Assembly (NCBI GenBank): GCA_963772725.1
Contig: CAVYYI010000002.1
Span: 352,001 to 416,000, forward strand
Length of the DNA: 64,000 nt
Direction of reading: 5' to 3'
Source: an uncultured Phycisphaerales bacterium
GTDB lineage: Bacteria; Planctomycetota; Phycisphaerae; Sedimentisphaerales; Anaerobacaceae
Each line of letters starts with the position of its first letter. Position 1 is the stretch's first letter. The position numbers were made by a program, and so were the translations under genes. Positions 45,905-55,971 of this stretch are shown piece after piece. Below the pieces are notes generated by a model that saw only the letters and a list, made by a program, of their open reading frames with translations, made no database searches and was not told the origin of the DNA.

Positions 45905-46393
45905 GAGCCATTTGCACCAAAATTTGCACCAAGCATGCACTTTTTGCCCTCGGTACGCTCTCGGCTGCATCTCGGCCAGCTTCATAAGTTATTATTTGAC
46001 AATCATTAATCGTTTTGCTATAAATACTTACGTAACGCCTGTTCGGGTTTCTAAAACTTCATTAAATCCTCATTATTTTGTAAATAACGCAGATTTCAGC
46101 ACTTAGCAAGTGGTAAATATCGTATGTAGTGGTAGATATTGTATCTTTTGGTTGTAGAACGGTTGTAGGATTTTGCCGAGTGACGCACATCATATCCTTC
46201 AAAAAACATGTCCCATACGGCATTTTTATGAGCAACGGATTTTCAGTCCGAAACTCATGTTTGTAAGTGTTTGTGAATAAATGGTTTATACTTGTAAAAT
46301 AAAGACTTATGATGCTGACCGAAGCACAACCGAAGCGTAACAGTAGCCTAAACGTGCAGGTCTGTTGCAAATTCTGTTGCAAATCGACGGCTC
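45905..46393. repeat. Diverged inverted repeat of about 150 bp resembling integrase attachment arms
   Basis: 45905-46057 aligns with the reverse complement of 46236-46393; tandem TTTGCACCA/TTTGCAACA motifs; second copy ends in CGGA-CTGAAAA-TCCG. Confidence 0.7.
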
Positions 46394-46417
46394 GGATTAA
46401 TCCTTTTTAAAGAATAA

Positions 46418-46468
46418 TAGCCCGACAGGACTCGAACCTACGACCTCCTGCGTGTCGAAAAGGCGCTC
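46418..46468 (-). other. 3' half of tRNA-Val(GAC); probable att site at the island boundary
   Basis: Minus strand reads TCGACAC-GCAGG-AGGTC-GTAGG-TTCGAGT-CCTGT; 5' half absent. Confidence 0.75.
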
Positions 46469-46529
46469 CAATTTTAACGCCTTGTCAACTATAGACTTAA
46501 GTGGGCTATTTTAGCGTATAATCAGACTG

Positions 46530-46606
46530 CATACTGGAAACGCACTGGAAACATACTGGCGACACACTGGGAACCCACTAAAGATTTACGCTATATTTAC
46601 GCTCAA
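46530..46606. repeat. 11-bp-period tandem array
   Basis: catactggaaa, cgcactggaaa, catactggcga, cacactgggaa, cccactaaaga, then tttacgctata, tttacgctcaa. Confidence 0.75.
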
Positions 46607-46959
46607 AACCGGTTGTGTGTAAAACTGGTTGTAAAGGGCGGCAAAATGTGGCCATAGGTTTCGGCCTTTTAAAAGGGGTTCGTTGCTTCCTGGCCGTTGT
46701 CGACAGTATTTTGGGTGGTTTTGCAGGAGAGGGAAGGGTGGCAAAGCAGTCGAGGCTTTAAGAACAGCTATTTCTGAAGCGTAAGTCAATAATTGCTGAT
46801 AGATTAATTCTTGGATGACTTTTTACATGGTACGGGTTTTCAGCTTTCGGTTCGATTGTTCAGGCGAAGTTACCTGCTGATTTTGCCTGCCAAACTCTAT
46901 AAAATTGTCAAAGAACTTAACAAATTCACCGCTTTAATCCGCGGATGGAATATTTGGTA

Positions 46960-47206
46960 GGGACACAGGTGCTTTTTGGCGGATACCGATCCGGCATATC
47001 CGCCCATTGGGCTCCGGTTCGCAAAATCCAGAGAATTCCATTGAGAACATCTCTTGGATTTTGTGGTGGTCTGCCTGATTTTCCTGGCTGTGCTTTGGGC
47101 TTCGGAATGAACTGGGCAATCCGTTGCCATTGTTCGTTTGTAATGTCCATAGACCATATATCGGCATCACATTAACCCAATATTTGAGGTTTTGGGATAG
47201 GTTCTA
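46960..47206 (-). pseudogene. 5' remnant of an IS5-family (DUF4096) transposase with one terminal repeat
   Basis: [43 protein letters not shown]; end TAGAACCTATCCCAAAACCTC. Confidence 0.8.
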
Positions 47207-47275
47207 GTAATTTTCCAACAAACAAAAAATATCACTCAACATTGATTTGTATTCTATACGTTCTCAAAAGTGTAG

Positions 47276-47890
47276 CTATTTAATAACTTTGGAGGACTTT
47301 TGTAATATTTTGTCGACTAATCCGTAGTCAACTGCTTCTTTTGCCTCAAACCAAAAATTACGATCACAATCTTTTTCTATTTTCTCGACACTTTGCCTAG
47401 TATGTTTTGCCAAAATGTTGTATATTCTATCACGCAATCGCAATATCTCTCTGGACTCAATATCCAGGTCTGTAGCGGATCCCTTCATCGCCTCTAATAA
47501 CAATGGTTGGTGTAAAAGCACTCTAGCGTTCGGCAAAATAAATCTTTTATTGGTTTTCCCGCCAGCTAACAGGATAGCCGCCATACTTGCTGATTGACCG
47601 ATGCAATAAGTTACAACATCACAATGCAGAAATTGCATCGCATCATAAATTGCGAGTCCTGCAGAAATCGAACCACCAGGAGAATTTATATAAAAATGAA
47701 TGTCATTCTTGCCATTCTCATTGCTCAAAAACAGCATCTGAGCGATAATCAGATTTGATGTTTTATCATTAACCTGCCCATCTAGAAAAACTATTCTGTC
47801 TTTCAGCAATCTTGAATAAATATCATATGCATGCTCAATTCGACCGGTTTTTTCAATTACTATGGGGACTAAGTTTTCATTAGTTACCAT
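47276..47890 (-). CDS. clpP: ATP-dependent Clp protease proteolytic subunit
   Basis: YDIYSRLLKDRI, YINSPGG, GQSASMAA, LHQP, DRN. Confidence 0.93.
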   Translation of the reverse strand: MVTNENLVPIVIEKTGRIEHAYDIYSRLLKDRIVFLDGQVNDKTSNLIIAQMLFLSNENGKNDIHFYINSPGGSISAGLAIYDAMQFLHCDVVTYCIGQSASMAAILLAGGKTNKRFILPNARVLLHQPLLLEAMKGSATDLDIESREILRLRDRIYNILAKHTRQSVEKIEKDCDRNFWFEAKEAVDYGLVDKILQKSSKVIK

Positions 47891-48053
47891 GTTTATTTTT
47901 CCTCATTTGTTAGTAGTGGTGGCGGTATTCCCTTATAACTGTTGTTCACTTGATCAGCGACAATTATTCTTACCTTCCGGCGACAGTTAAAAGTTCCGGA
48001 TGAATTAAAGTTGGAATATGCTATCTGAAACTCATTAAGTCAGGAGATTTCAG

Positions 48054-49542
48054 ATGGTTAAAGACAAACAGGTAAGGAGATTGTTCGCTATGAAAAACAA
48101 ATGCAAGACCTTATATCAGCTTGCAGACAAGGCTGGTATAAGCACTAAAACCGCCCGCAAGTATTTAAAAACGGGCGTGCTGCCCAGCCAATGCCAAGCT
48201 ATCCACGACTGGCCCACCCATCCGGATGCCTTTGCAGGGGATTGGCCATGGGTTGAAGAATTCCTCAAAAACAACTCCGGTCTTGAATCTAAATCGCTTT
48301 TTGAGGCTCTGCAGCGTGAATATCCCGGTAAATACCAGGACAGCGAATTAAGAACCTTCCAGAGACGAGTAAAACAATGGAAAGCCTTGTCCGGTCCGGC
48401 TCAGGAAGTGTTTTTTCCACAAATCTATAAACCCGGCCAATGGTGCGAATCAGACTTTACCAGGATGAATAAGCTGGGTATCACCATTTGCGGCATACCT
48501 TTTATTCACATGCTGTACCATTTTGTATTGTGTTTGTCGAACTGGGAAACCGTCACGGTATGTTTTTCAGAAAGCTATGAAAGTTTAAGTGCCGGTATTC
48601 AAAATGCCCTCTGGAAGTTAGGCGGCATACCACGCTATCATAGGACTGATAATTTAACCTGTGCGGTTAACAAGGTAGGCAATCCTGAGGAATTCACGGC
48701 TAACTATCAGGGTCTTGCGAATCATTATGGTTTCCAAAGCTGTAAAATCCAGCCTCACTGTCCGAATGAAAACGGCGATATAGAGCAGCGTCATCACAGG
48801 TTAAAGAGAGCTGTTGAACAGGCGTTAATCCTTAGAGGAAGCAGAGATTTTAACAGCAGGAAAGATTATGAAATGTTTCTTGAAAAGCTGCTCGAACCAA
48901 CTCAATACCGGCCGCACAAAACTCTTGGCCGAAGAGTTAAAGGTTCTGCGGCAATTGCCAACCCGCAGGCATGAAGATTTCACCAGGGATAAATGCAGGG
49001 TAAGTCGTGGCTGCACGGTCCGAGTTCTTAAGAACAGCTATTCTGTTCACAGCAGGCTTAGGGGAGAAAATGTTGACGTTCGAATATATGCCGAACATAT
49101 CGAAGTCTGGTATGCTCAAAGAAGAATTGAAGTATTGCCCAGATTACACGGTGAAAACGGTCATTACATCAATTACCGCCACGTTATAGATACCCTTGTT
49201 CGCAAACCCGGGGCGTTTGAGAACTATTGCTATAAAGATGATATGTTTCCCACAAGTCAGTTCAGGATCGCATATGATCTCCTGCGTGATCAACATGGGA
49301 TGAAGCAGGGTAATAAGCAGTATCTGAAAATTCTTGAATTAGCTGCCAACGAAAGCCAGACATCTGTCAATGAAGCTTTGCGGTTCCTGATCAACCATGC
49401 AGATGCGATTGATTTTGATATGGTAGAACAAATAGTCAAATCCGAACAACAGCCGCCGGATGTCACTGACGTTTGTGTTGGCGATATTGATCTGAACAGT
49501 TATGACTGTCTACTTGAATCGGCGGAGGCACTACTGGTATGA
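48054..49542 (+). CDS. istA: IS21 transposase (frameshift near 48895)
   Basis: RTFQRRVKQW, SDFT, HRTDNL, NENGDIEQ, RKPGAF. Confidence 0.9.
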
Positions 49543-50304
49543 GTAAAAATGATCTGGATAATCAGCTTGTAAACCTTCTCAAAGAACTTCACCTGCCGAT
49601 GTTCCGTGAATATTACGCCGAGTTCGCTCAGAAGGCTATCGCCGAAGATATGGGTTATTCACAATATCTATTGGAATTGGCTCAGCGTGAGTGTGATGTT
49701 CGCAGAGCCAATAAAATCGCAAGGCTGGTAAAAGCCTCAAAGCTTCCTATGGAAAAGACCATGGCAAACTTTGATTTTAAACGTATGCCGTTGAAGATAC
49801 GTCAGCAGGTCAAAATTCTTTTGGAAGGTTCATTTGTTGACAGAACAGAGAATATTCTTGCATTTGGCAAACCCGGCAGCGGTAAGACACATTTACTGTG
49901 TGGTATCTGTCATGAACTTGCCCGGCAGGGAAAAAAGGTTTACTTTACTACGTGTGATATGATGTTGCAGGAGTTATTACGAGCCAAGCAGGAGTTGAAG
50001 CTGGACAAATGGCTCAAGAAGCTGTCACAGTACGAGGCATTGATGATAGATGACTTCGGCTATGTCAAACAGAACCGCGAGGAGATGGAGGTGCTGTTTA
50101 CCTTATTAGCTCATTGTTATGAACGTGGCAGCGTGTTGATTACCAGCAATCTGCCGTTCAGTAAATGGGAAGTCATCTTTAAGGATCCGATGACCACTGC
50201 CAGCAGCGATCGACCGGCTGGTACATCATAGTGTGATCCTTGAATTGAATGTACCGAGCTACCGAGCTGAGGAAGCTCAGAGACGGAAAAATAAGGACAC
50301 GTAA
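49539..50304 (+). CDS. istB: IS21 helper ATPase (frameshift near 50205)
   Basis: GKPGSGKTHL, IDDFGY, ITSNLPFSKW. Confidence 0.92.
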
Positions 50305-50583
50305 TGTCCGAAATTTTGCCCCCCATGGGGGGCACCTCCTAAAGGCTATAAGCTAAGGTAAGTGTTATGAAGTAACGGTAAAAATAACTGTCGTTGAAGG
50401 GAAATTATAATTGACGCCGGACAGTCTTCTTCGCCCTCTTAACACTCATATGTTTTCGTCCTAAATAATCATCAGTTTGAGTAAATCAAGCTCATATCCA
50501 AATATTTTATGAACCATTTTTACTTCATTGCTATTTAACAAGATATTGCTGAATGCTTATTCCCAATTTTCAGCTATTAGCCT

Positions 50584-53151
50584 TTAGTTACAAAGAATCA
50601 CTTCCACATCAAACTTTACCCCACCGATTTCTTTGATACCGTTTAGGTCATAAAAATTGTTTTTATCACGAGTTTTATTTTGAGGGTCAAAAATAAAACA
50701 GAAAAGCTTTTTGACTCTGTAGCATCTTTACCGGCAACATACCATTCCAGTCCTCTCATTATGAAGCATTGTTATAGTTTGTAAACGGCCTTGGGACTGC
50801 TCGTCACGCTGCATATCAATGGCCACACGCTGGCTAATATGGTCTTGAGTTCGCACTCTATAGACACTCTTTTGCATCTTTCGATGACGACGATAACCTC
50901 GTTCAACCGCGTTGGATGTCGATGGCAGTTGTGAATCATCGAGAAAGGTCAACGCCTTTTCAATATTCGGCGTAAATAGTTTCTTAAGAGTTTGACCCAA
51001 CGTTTTGAATCGTCGAACATGGCGGCGCAAGACAGCCAACCTTTCCAAGGCTGTTTCCGTGCGGCAACGGCGATCAAAGAGTCTGTAGACCTGATCCATG
51101 ATCGAACGTAAATTTTTCAGATTGTGGCATTTTCGCGTTATACGTGAGAATATCTTCTTGTCTGCCTTACTGAGCGAATGCTGCACAAACAAGTGTCGAT
51201 GCTCAAACAAATCGGCAATCTCATCGGTCTGTTTTTTCTTTCGAGATGCCGCTTTTCTCGCGGTCGAGGACGATGGACGGCCGCGTTGCAGCTTGGGCAG
51301 CTTCTTTTTGAGTTCTCGTCGCACCCGCGTAACAGCTTTGAGTATTTCTCTATTGATCTCCTTGAGAACATGAAATTCACATACCTGGTGGGCAACACCG
51401 GGGAATATCAGAGCCAGCGGCTCCGGGTATAACGGCGAGCCATCGGTCGTAACACCAAGCAGTGTCAGACCTCTTTGATCCAGTTCCGTACGGAACCGAC
51501 GAAAGAAGTTTATCATATCTTCATGGGTGGGATTATGGTCAAGAACATCGTAAATGAGCCGTTTGAACGTGCGGTTATCCACGATGGACAATACACAGAA
51601 CGGCCCATCATATAATTCATCCGCCGCGATATAACCGGAGAAATCAGTCAGAACACCATCAAGGTATTCAGCAGTAATTCGTTTCTCAGCTTTTTCCCCC
51701 CGTCGCTTCAACCCAGTTTTGAATTGTAGCCCAGGGGACGAAAACCCGATGATCTCGCCATAAGTGCCAGGATGCCGGCCGATATGGCAGGCCGTCTTCC
51801 ACAACCAATCGCACTGCCAGGTGAACAACCCGGCGGGTATAGTGGCAGCCGGGATCCGCAAGGTCGCACAGGTCGGCATTGAAGTACTTCTTGCATTTTG
51901 AACAGCAGTGCTGTGAATAACTGACCCAAAGGTCGATTGGACGGTTGCCAGCCAAGTCTCCGAGGTCATGCAGTTTTCGTCTGAATATTTTGTCCCGATA
52001 GGATGGGTGGCCGCAATAGGGGCACGGACGCTTTTTGTATGTGCGTGAAAGTCGTTTGATTTTAGCTTTGGGTAAATCTTTAACACACGTAATACCTTCC
52101 GTTACATCCGATACATATTCACCTGGCCCAGCCATAATCGTGTCTCCTGAAAAATTCAGTTTATTTCTGTTCTTCCAGGAGTTTTATCGGCTAAGACACC
52201 AAGATTTCCTTAAATATACCGGTATTTATGCTACAGTCACAGCTTTTTTAACCATTTGCATTGATAATAAGACTGAATGTCAATTTTAAGGTCGTCAATA
52301 AATGTGCGTTCATTTGCATCTGAAACCTTGATCATTTTAACCTCTATCAGTATGCCTTCTTCTCTTATTATCAAATCTATTTTAGAGGAACTTACCCCAA
52401 CTCTTGCAATGGGATCTTCTTCTTTTAAGGTCGGGAAAATAGGTTTGTATGTAACATAAAGAATATCTTGCACATCATATTCATCGTTAATATTAAAAAC
52501 CTCATGGTTTTTACGCCTATTCATAGTTATTTTTTTTACCGAATTTCCAAATTCAGTAAGAGCGCACCTAACAAGCGTTGCGGCATCTTTGTTCAGATAC
52601 TTAGTTCTTAGTAATGAATATTCCAAGTCTTCCAAAATAATTAAGTCTATGACATCATCTACTCGGTTTATGAATTGTTTTATGCTCTCCGTTATATCAG
52701 TGTCATGTTCAGGATTTAAGATCTTATACAACACCTCTTGAATGTAATCAGAACGGAGGGAAATGCTATTCGCCAATTGTTTTGTCATGCTCGGCTCTAT
52801 TAATGTAATAAAATATTGCGTTTTATTTGAACTGGCATCAAATTTTGTGTCAAGTTTATCCTTGAAGAATTCTTTTTTTGCCAAATATAGCCCGCATAAT
52901 TTATATACACTGTCATCAACACCACCAACTCCTTTTATGGTTGGCGATCTTAACAGCATTTCCGCAACATTATCATCTATCACCTGTCCTTTATAGCCAG
53001 CTAACGCATACTGCTCTTGAGGTGACAATTGAAATTGCTTATCTGCAAGTACAGCTTTATCCCTAAGATAATAGTAAGCAACCGCTTGGATGTTTTCATC
53101 AGAAAGCAATTTGCTTCGCTTTTGCTTTAATATTTCGGTCAAATAAACCAT
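50584..53151 (-). pseudogene. Argonaute-associated PD-(D/E)xK nuclease (REase_DpnII-MboI-like C-terminal domain), split by an IS; 343 aa when rejoined
   Basis: NDEYDVQDILY..EEDP..KIDLII..ILIEVK; 53151-52241 (911 nt) plus 50704-50584 (121 nt) = 1032 nt in frame, adding FCFIFDPQNK..DVEVILCN*. Confidence 0.85.
50713..52240 (-). mobile_element. DDE insertion sequence (ISL3-type zinc finger, IS6-like ends); transposase 52135-50728 with one frameshift
   Basis: Ends GACTCTGTAGCATCTTTACCGG / GTGACTGTAGCATAAATACCGG; 8-bp TSD AGCTTTTT at 50705-50712 and 52241-52248; CPYCG..CSKC, ADELYD, TTDGSPLY, SNAVER. Confidence 0.88.
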
Positions 53152-55133
53152 AACTTATCACTCACATATTTTAGCCGATCATAATCCCAGCCCTCAACTT
53201 TTTTAAGTTCATCCAATACCTTAGCCATCAATGCTGGGTACATGATCGTAACGGTTCGCTTTGATGGAATATAACTTCGATGGGATAAATGGGAGAACCA
53301 AAATATTTGTTTAGCCAAATAAAAGAGGCTTGTAAAAGTTGATCGTTTATCCAAGTCAATTTTTAAGGGAAGACAACTCTTTCTTACAAAGTGTAAAAGT
53401 GCTGAATTCAAGCCAAGTTTAATATATCTGCCTTGAATAATGTCACTATTCCCATTGTTATTATATAATCGAAAATTATGGCCATATCCTAAGTGCACTA
53501 AAGCGTATTCGAAATCAAGCTTAGAAAATCTCTCGATAACCTTATTAATTGCTGTAATCTCATATTCTTCGCTCGCTGTCTTAAATAAATGAAAAATGAG
53601 CCGAAATTTTCCAGTGGGTGCCATACCCCAAACGAGTTTAGACAGCGTCTTATAAAGATATTCTTCAAGATGTTCGGCATAATTATCATAGGTCGAAAGA
53701 GGAGAGCAATCTCCCATTATGTAACGACCGTCATTGTGAAAAACTTGAGCTATACCCAATATGTGTTTTCTATCCTCACTAATTGTCGAGCCAACTCCAA
53801 TTACCAATTCTTCTCGAATTTTTTCTTCTCTCTCAATTGTCCACGCGGTTCCACCAAGCTTAGCATAAATATTCAAAGAGATATTGGTTAGTACTGGTTT
53901 TAATACCCTAGGGCGGATTGTTTCTATTTGAATATCTTGTGTAGGTATGCCTATGCCGATAAGTTTTGCTTTGCATACATGATAAGGAGAGACTTGCTCA
54001 GCCAGTTTTTCATCGCTTAGACTTACGACTATCAAAACGACATTGCATTGCTGTAATTGGTTATCATAAATCGCTTTCTTGTAGTCAGATATGCTCCTGT
54101 TGCTAATTATTACAGGTACATAGCTAATTGATTTCACATGAAAATCATCTTTTATACTCTTACCCAATTGTTTTAGGAATATTTCCGACTCACCTTGATA
54201 TTCTCGTGGACATATTAAGCCCAGTTTGATGTCCTTGTTTTCATATAACTCATATGAATAAGGCTTATATTGTCTGACCATTTCATCATAGAATTTCAGA
54301 CCGTTGTTATTTTTTCTATTACTGTAGAAGTAACGAACAGGCTTGTAGATGATTTCAGATTTAATTGCTTCATTTTCAAAAGGTAGAAATCGCTTCTTTA
54401 TATCAGAGATTTGAATTTGATTCAGAATCCTAATAGAATCACGCCGTTGTTTAATCCAAGAATAAAATTGGTCAATAGTTAAAAATGCTTTTGTATTTGT
54501 GCCTTCAGCATCAATTACTTGATCATACTCTGCCCTCTTACCTGTCGCTTCAAGAAATCTCTTGAGGGATTGACGGTTAGCATAAATTGTTGTTTCAGTA
54601 CCTCGCAGTCCTGTAGTATCAATACTATTCTTTTCAAGTTCAGCTTTAGACCATATGAATTTGTTTTTAAGGGATGTAGAAAGCGAAAAGGTGAATATTA
54701 TTTTTCCATTTGTTTCAAAAAAGAAGGGAGATAAGGTGACTACACGGTTTAATTTCAGCCCTGGTATTTTATCAAGAAGCAAATCTTTGCGAGATTTTAT
54801 ATCCCATGAATTACTAAAACGATCTTCATCAATATCATGAGTATTCGACTTTTGCAAATATGAAATAATCCCAGTTGCAATTAACCTTGAGAATACTTTC
54901 GGATGTGTAGATGTCTTTACTAACTCTTGCTTTGCCTTCAATTTACTGGGGTGGTCGTTAGTGGGCCAAAGAAAAATCTTGTTGTTATAACGATAAAAAT
55001 AATCATCGGGATTACCTTTACGTAGTTCTGCATAAGCCTCTTTAGTTCCATAATCATTATAATCGAGGTAACCCAATTGTGTTTCATTTGAAGCCAATTC
55101 TACTTGGTAAACATTTAAAAATAGACCGCTCAT
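53139..55133 (-). CDS. Long-B type prokaryotic Argonaute, catalytically inactive
   Basis: MID pocket YHVCK..IPTQ..NIYAKLGG; PIWI ELVIGVG and RLIFHLFK lack catalytic Asp; C-terminal WFI as in RsAgo-type proteins; 664 aa. Confidence 0.9.
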   Translation of the reverse strand: MSGLFLNVYQVELASNETQLGYLDYNDYGTKEAYAELRKGNPDDYFYRYNNKIFLWPTNDHPSKLKAKQELVKTSTHPKVFSRLIATGIISYLQKSNTHDIDEDRFSNSWDIKSRKDLLLDKIPGLKLNRVVTLSPFFFETNGKIIFTFSLSTSLKNKFIWSKAELEKNSIDTTGLRGTETTIYANRQSLKRFLEATGKRAEYDQVIDAEGTNTKAFLTIDQFYSWIKQRRDSIRILNQIQISDIKKRFLPFENEAIKSEIIYKPVRYFYSNRKNNNGLKFYDEMVRQYKPYSYELYENKDIKLGLICPREYQGESEIFLKQLGKSIKDDFHVKSISYVPVIISNRSISDYKKAIYDNQLQQCNVVLIVVSLSDEKLAEQVSPYHVCKAKLIGIGIPTQDIQIETIRPRVLKPVLTNISLNIYAKLGGTAWTIEREEKIREELVIGVGSTISEDRKHILGIAQVFHNDGRYIMGDCSPLSTYDNYAEHLEEYLYKTLSKLVWGMAPTGKFRLIFHLFKTASEEYEITAINKVIERFSKLDFEYALVHLGYGHNFRLYNNNGNSDIIQGRYIKLGLNSALLHFVRKSCLPLKIDLDKRSTFTSLFYLAKQIFWFSHLSHRSYIPSKRTVTIMYPALMAKVLDELKKVEGWDYDRLKYVSDKLWFI

Positions 55134-55294
55134 TGTTTCTTACCTAAAGTCTCAACTTTATTCTTTCAGTTTTCAATTCTTTGCACTTTAAAAATTTTTA
55201 ACAATTCTGAAGGAATTAAGATAGTTCATTTATCAAAAGTCCTTTAATACGCCCCAGATGTATGCTCCTACGTTTGTCTTTATACAAACATAGT

Positions 55295-55330
55295 AATTTA
55301 CCACACATTCACACCGATGCAAGCAATTTC
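55295..55330 (-). promoter_or_regulatory. Putative promoter of the pAgo operon
   Basis: TTGCAT-N16-TAAATT with TG extension; 29/36 identical to 55770-55805. Confidence 0.55.
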
Positions 55331-55362
55331 AGGGGTTAAAAGGGAATGAGTGTGAATACACT

Positions 55363-55710
55363 TTACGCTTCTTCACTTTCTATCGGTTCATCGAGCCAAT
55401 CAAACACCTCAGAGCCTAGCTCAATATCAAACCATTCGAAGAAGTTTTCAAATGACCGGTTTTTAGGATAGACGCTCTCATCTGTCCACCAAGCCTGAAG
55501 CTCCAAAAGCCAAACTTCATCATAGATTTTTTTGATATAACTCCTGGCATCTTTGGGTCTATCAAATTCTGGGAGTAAAATACAAGTTGGGTCTGAGCGT
55601 GCCTGCTCCAAAGAAATTTTAAAATCTGAACCTGGGTCTGTTGAATTTATCCAGTTAATAAATGGTTGCTTGGGCTTTATGATAGCAATTGAGCGGTTGA
55701 TTAACTGCAT
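55363..55710 (-). CDS. Small acidic hypothetical protein
   Basis: INRSIAIIKPKQPFINWIN..ELQAWWTDE..FFEWFDIE; pattern recalled from a widespread uncharacterised family. Confidence 0.75.
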   Translation of the reverse strand: MQLINRSIAIIKPKQPFINWINSTDPGSDFKISLEQARSDPTCILLPEFDRPKDARSYIKKIYDEVWLLELQAWWTDESVYPKNRSFENFFEWFDIELGSEVFDWLDEPIESEEA

Positions 55711-55769
55711 GATTTTTCCTTATTATAGTTAATTATTTGTCGTTGCTTCTCCAATATTATACCATCCTC

Positions 55770-55805
55770 ATCCTATCACACATTCTCCCCAATGCAAGCA
55801 ATTTC
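55770..55805 (-). promoter_or_regulatory. Second copy of the promoter-like repeat
   Basis: TTGCAT-N16-TAGGAT. Confidence 0.55.
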
Positions 55806-55971
55806 GGATACCATATAAATGAATCGTATAGCTCTTTTTTGCCTATTAGGCTGTAAAGCGGGTGTGGTATAATAGGAATATCACACACAGAGCATACCCA
55901 TCATGGCTTTTTTGTAGCTTTGACCCTGCTCCGGCGTGAATTTCAGGGTATATGTGGCAGGATAAAATGCT

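Larger units (their letters stand above)
47951..50423 (+). mobile_element. IS21-family insertion sequence
   Basis: TG..CA ends with imperfect IRs containing repeated CGACA/CGTCA motifs; istA-istB; no TSD seen. Confidence 0.88.

Noticed and set aside
45819..46382. ORFs of 95 and 106 aa as paralogous proteins
   Set aside because: Their similarity is explained by the inverted DNA repeat; no convincing RBS or protein features.
46530..46606. Possible CRISPR array
   Set aside because: Units are 11 bp with no spacers and no cas genes are in the window; att-arm repeats fit better.
53139..55133. Short pAgo (SPARTA/SPARSA type) or active long-A pAgo
   Set aside because: 664 aa with a long N-terminal region, no APAZ/TIR/SIR2 partner seen, and catalytic aspartates are absent.
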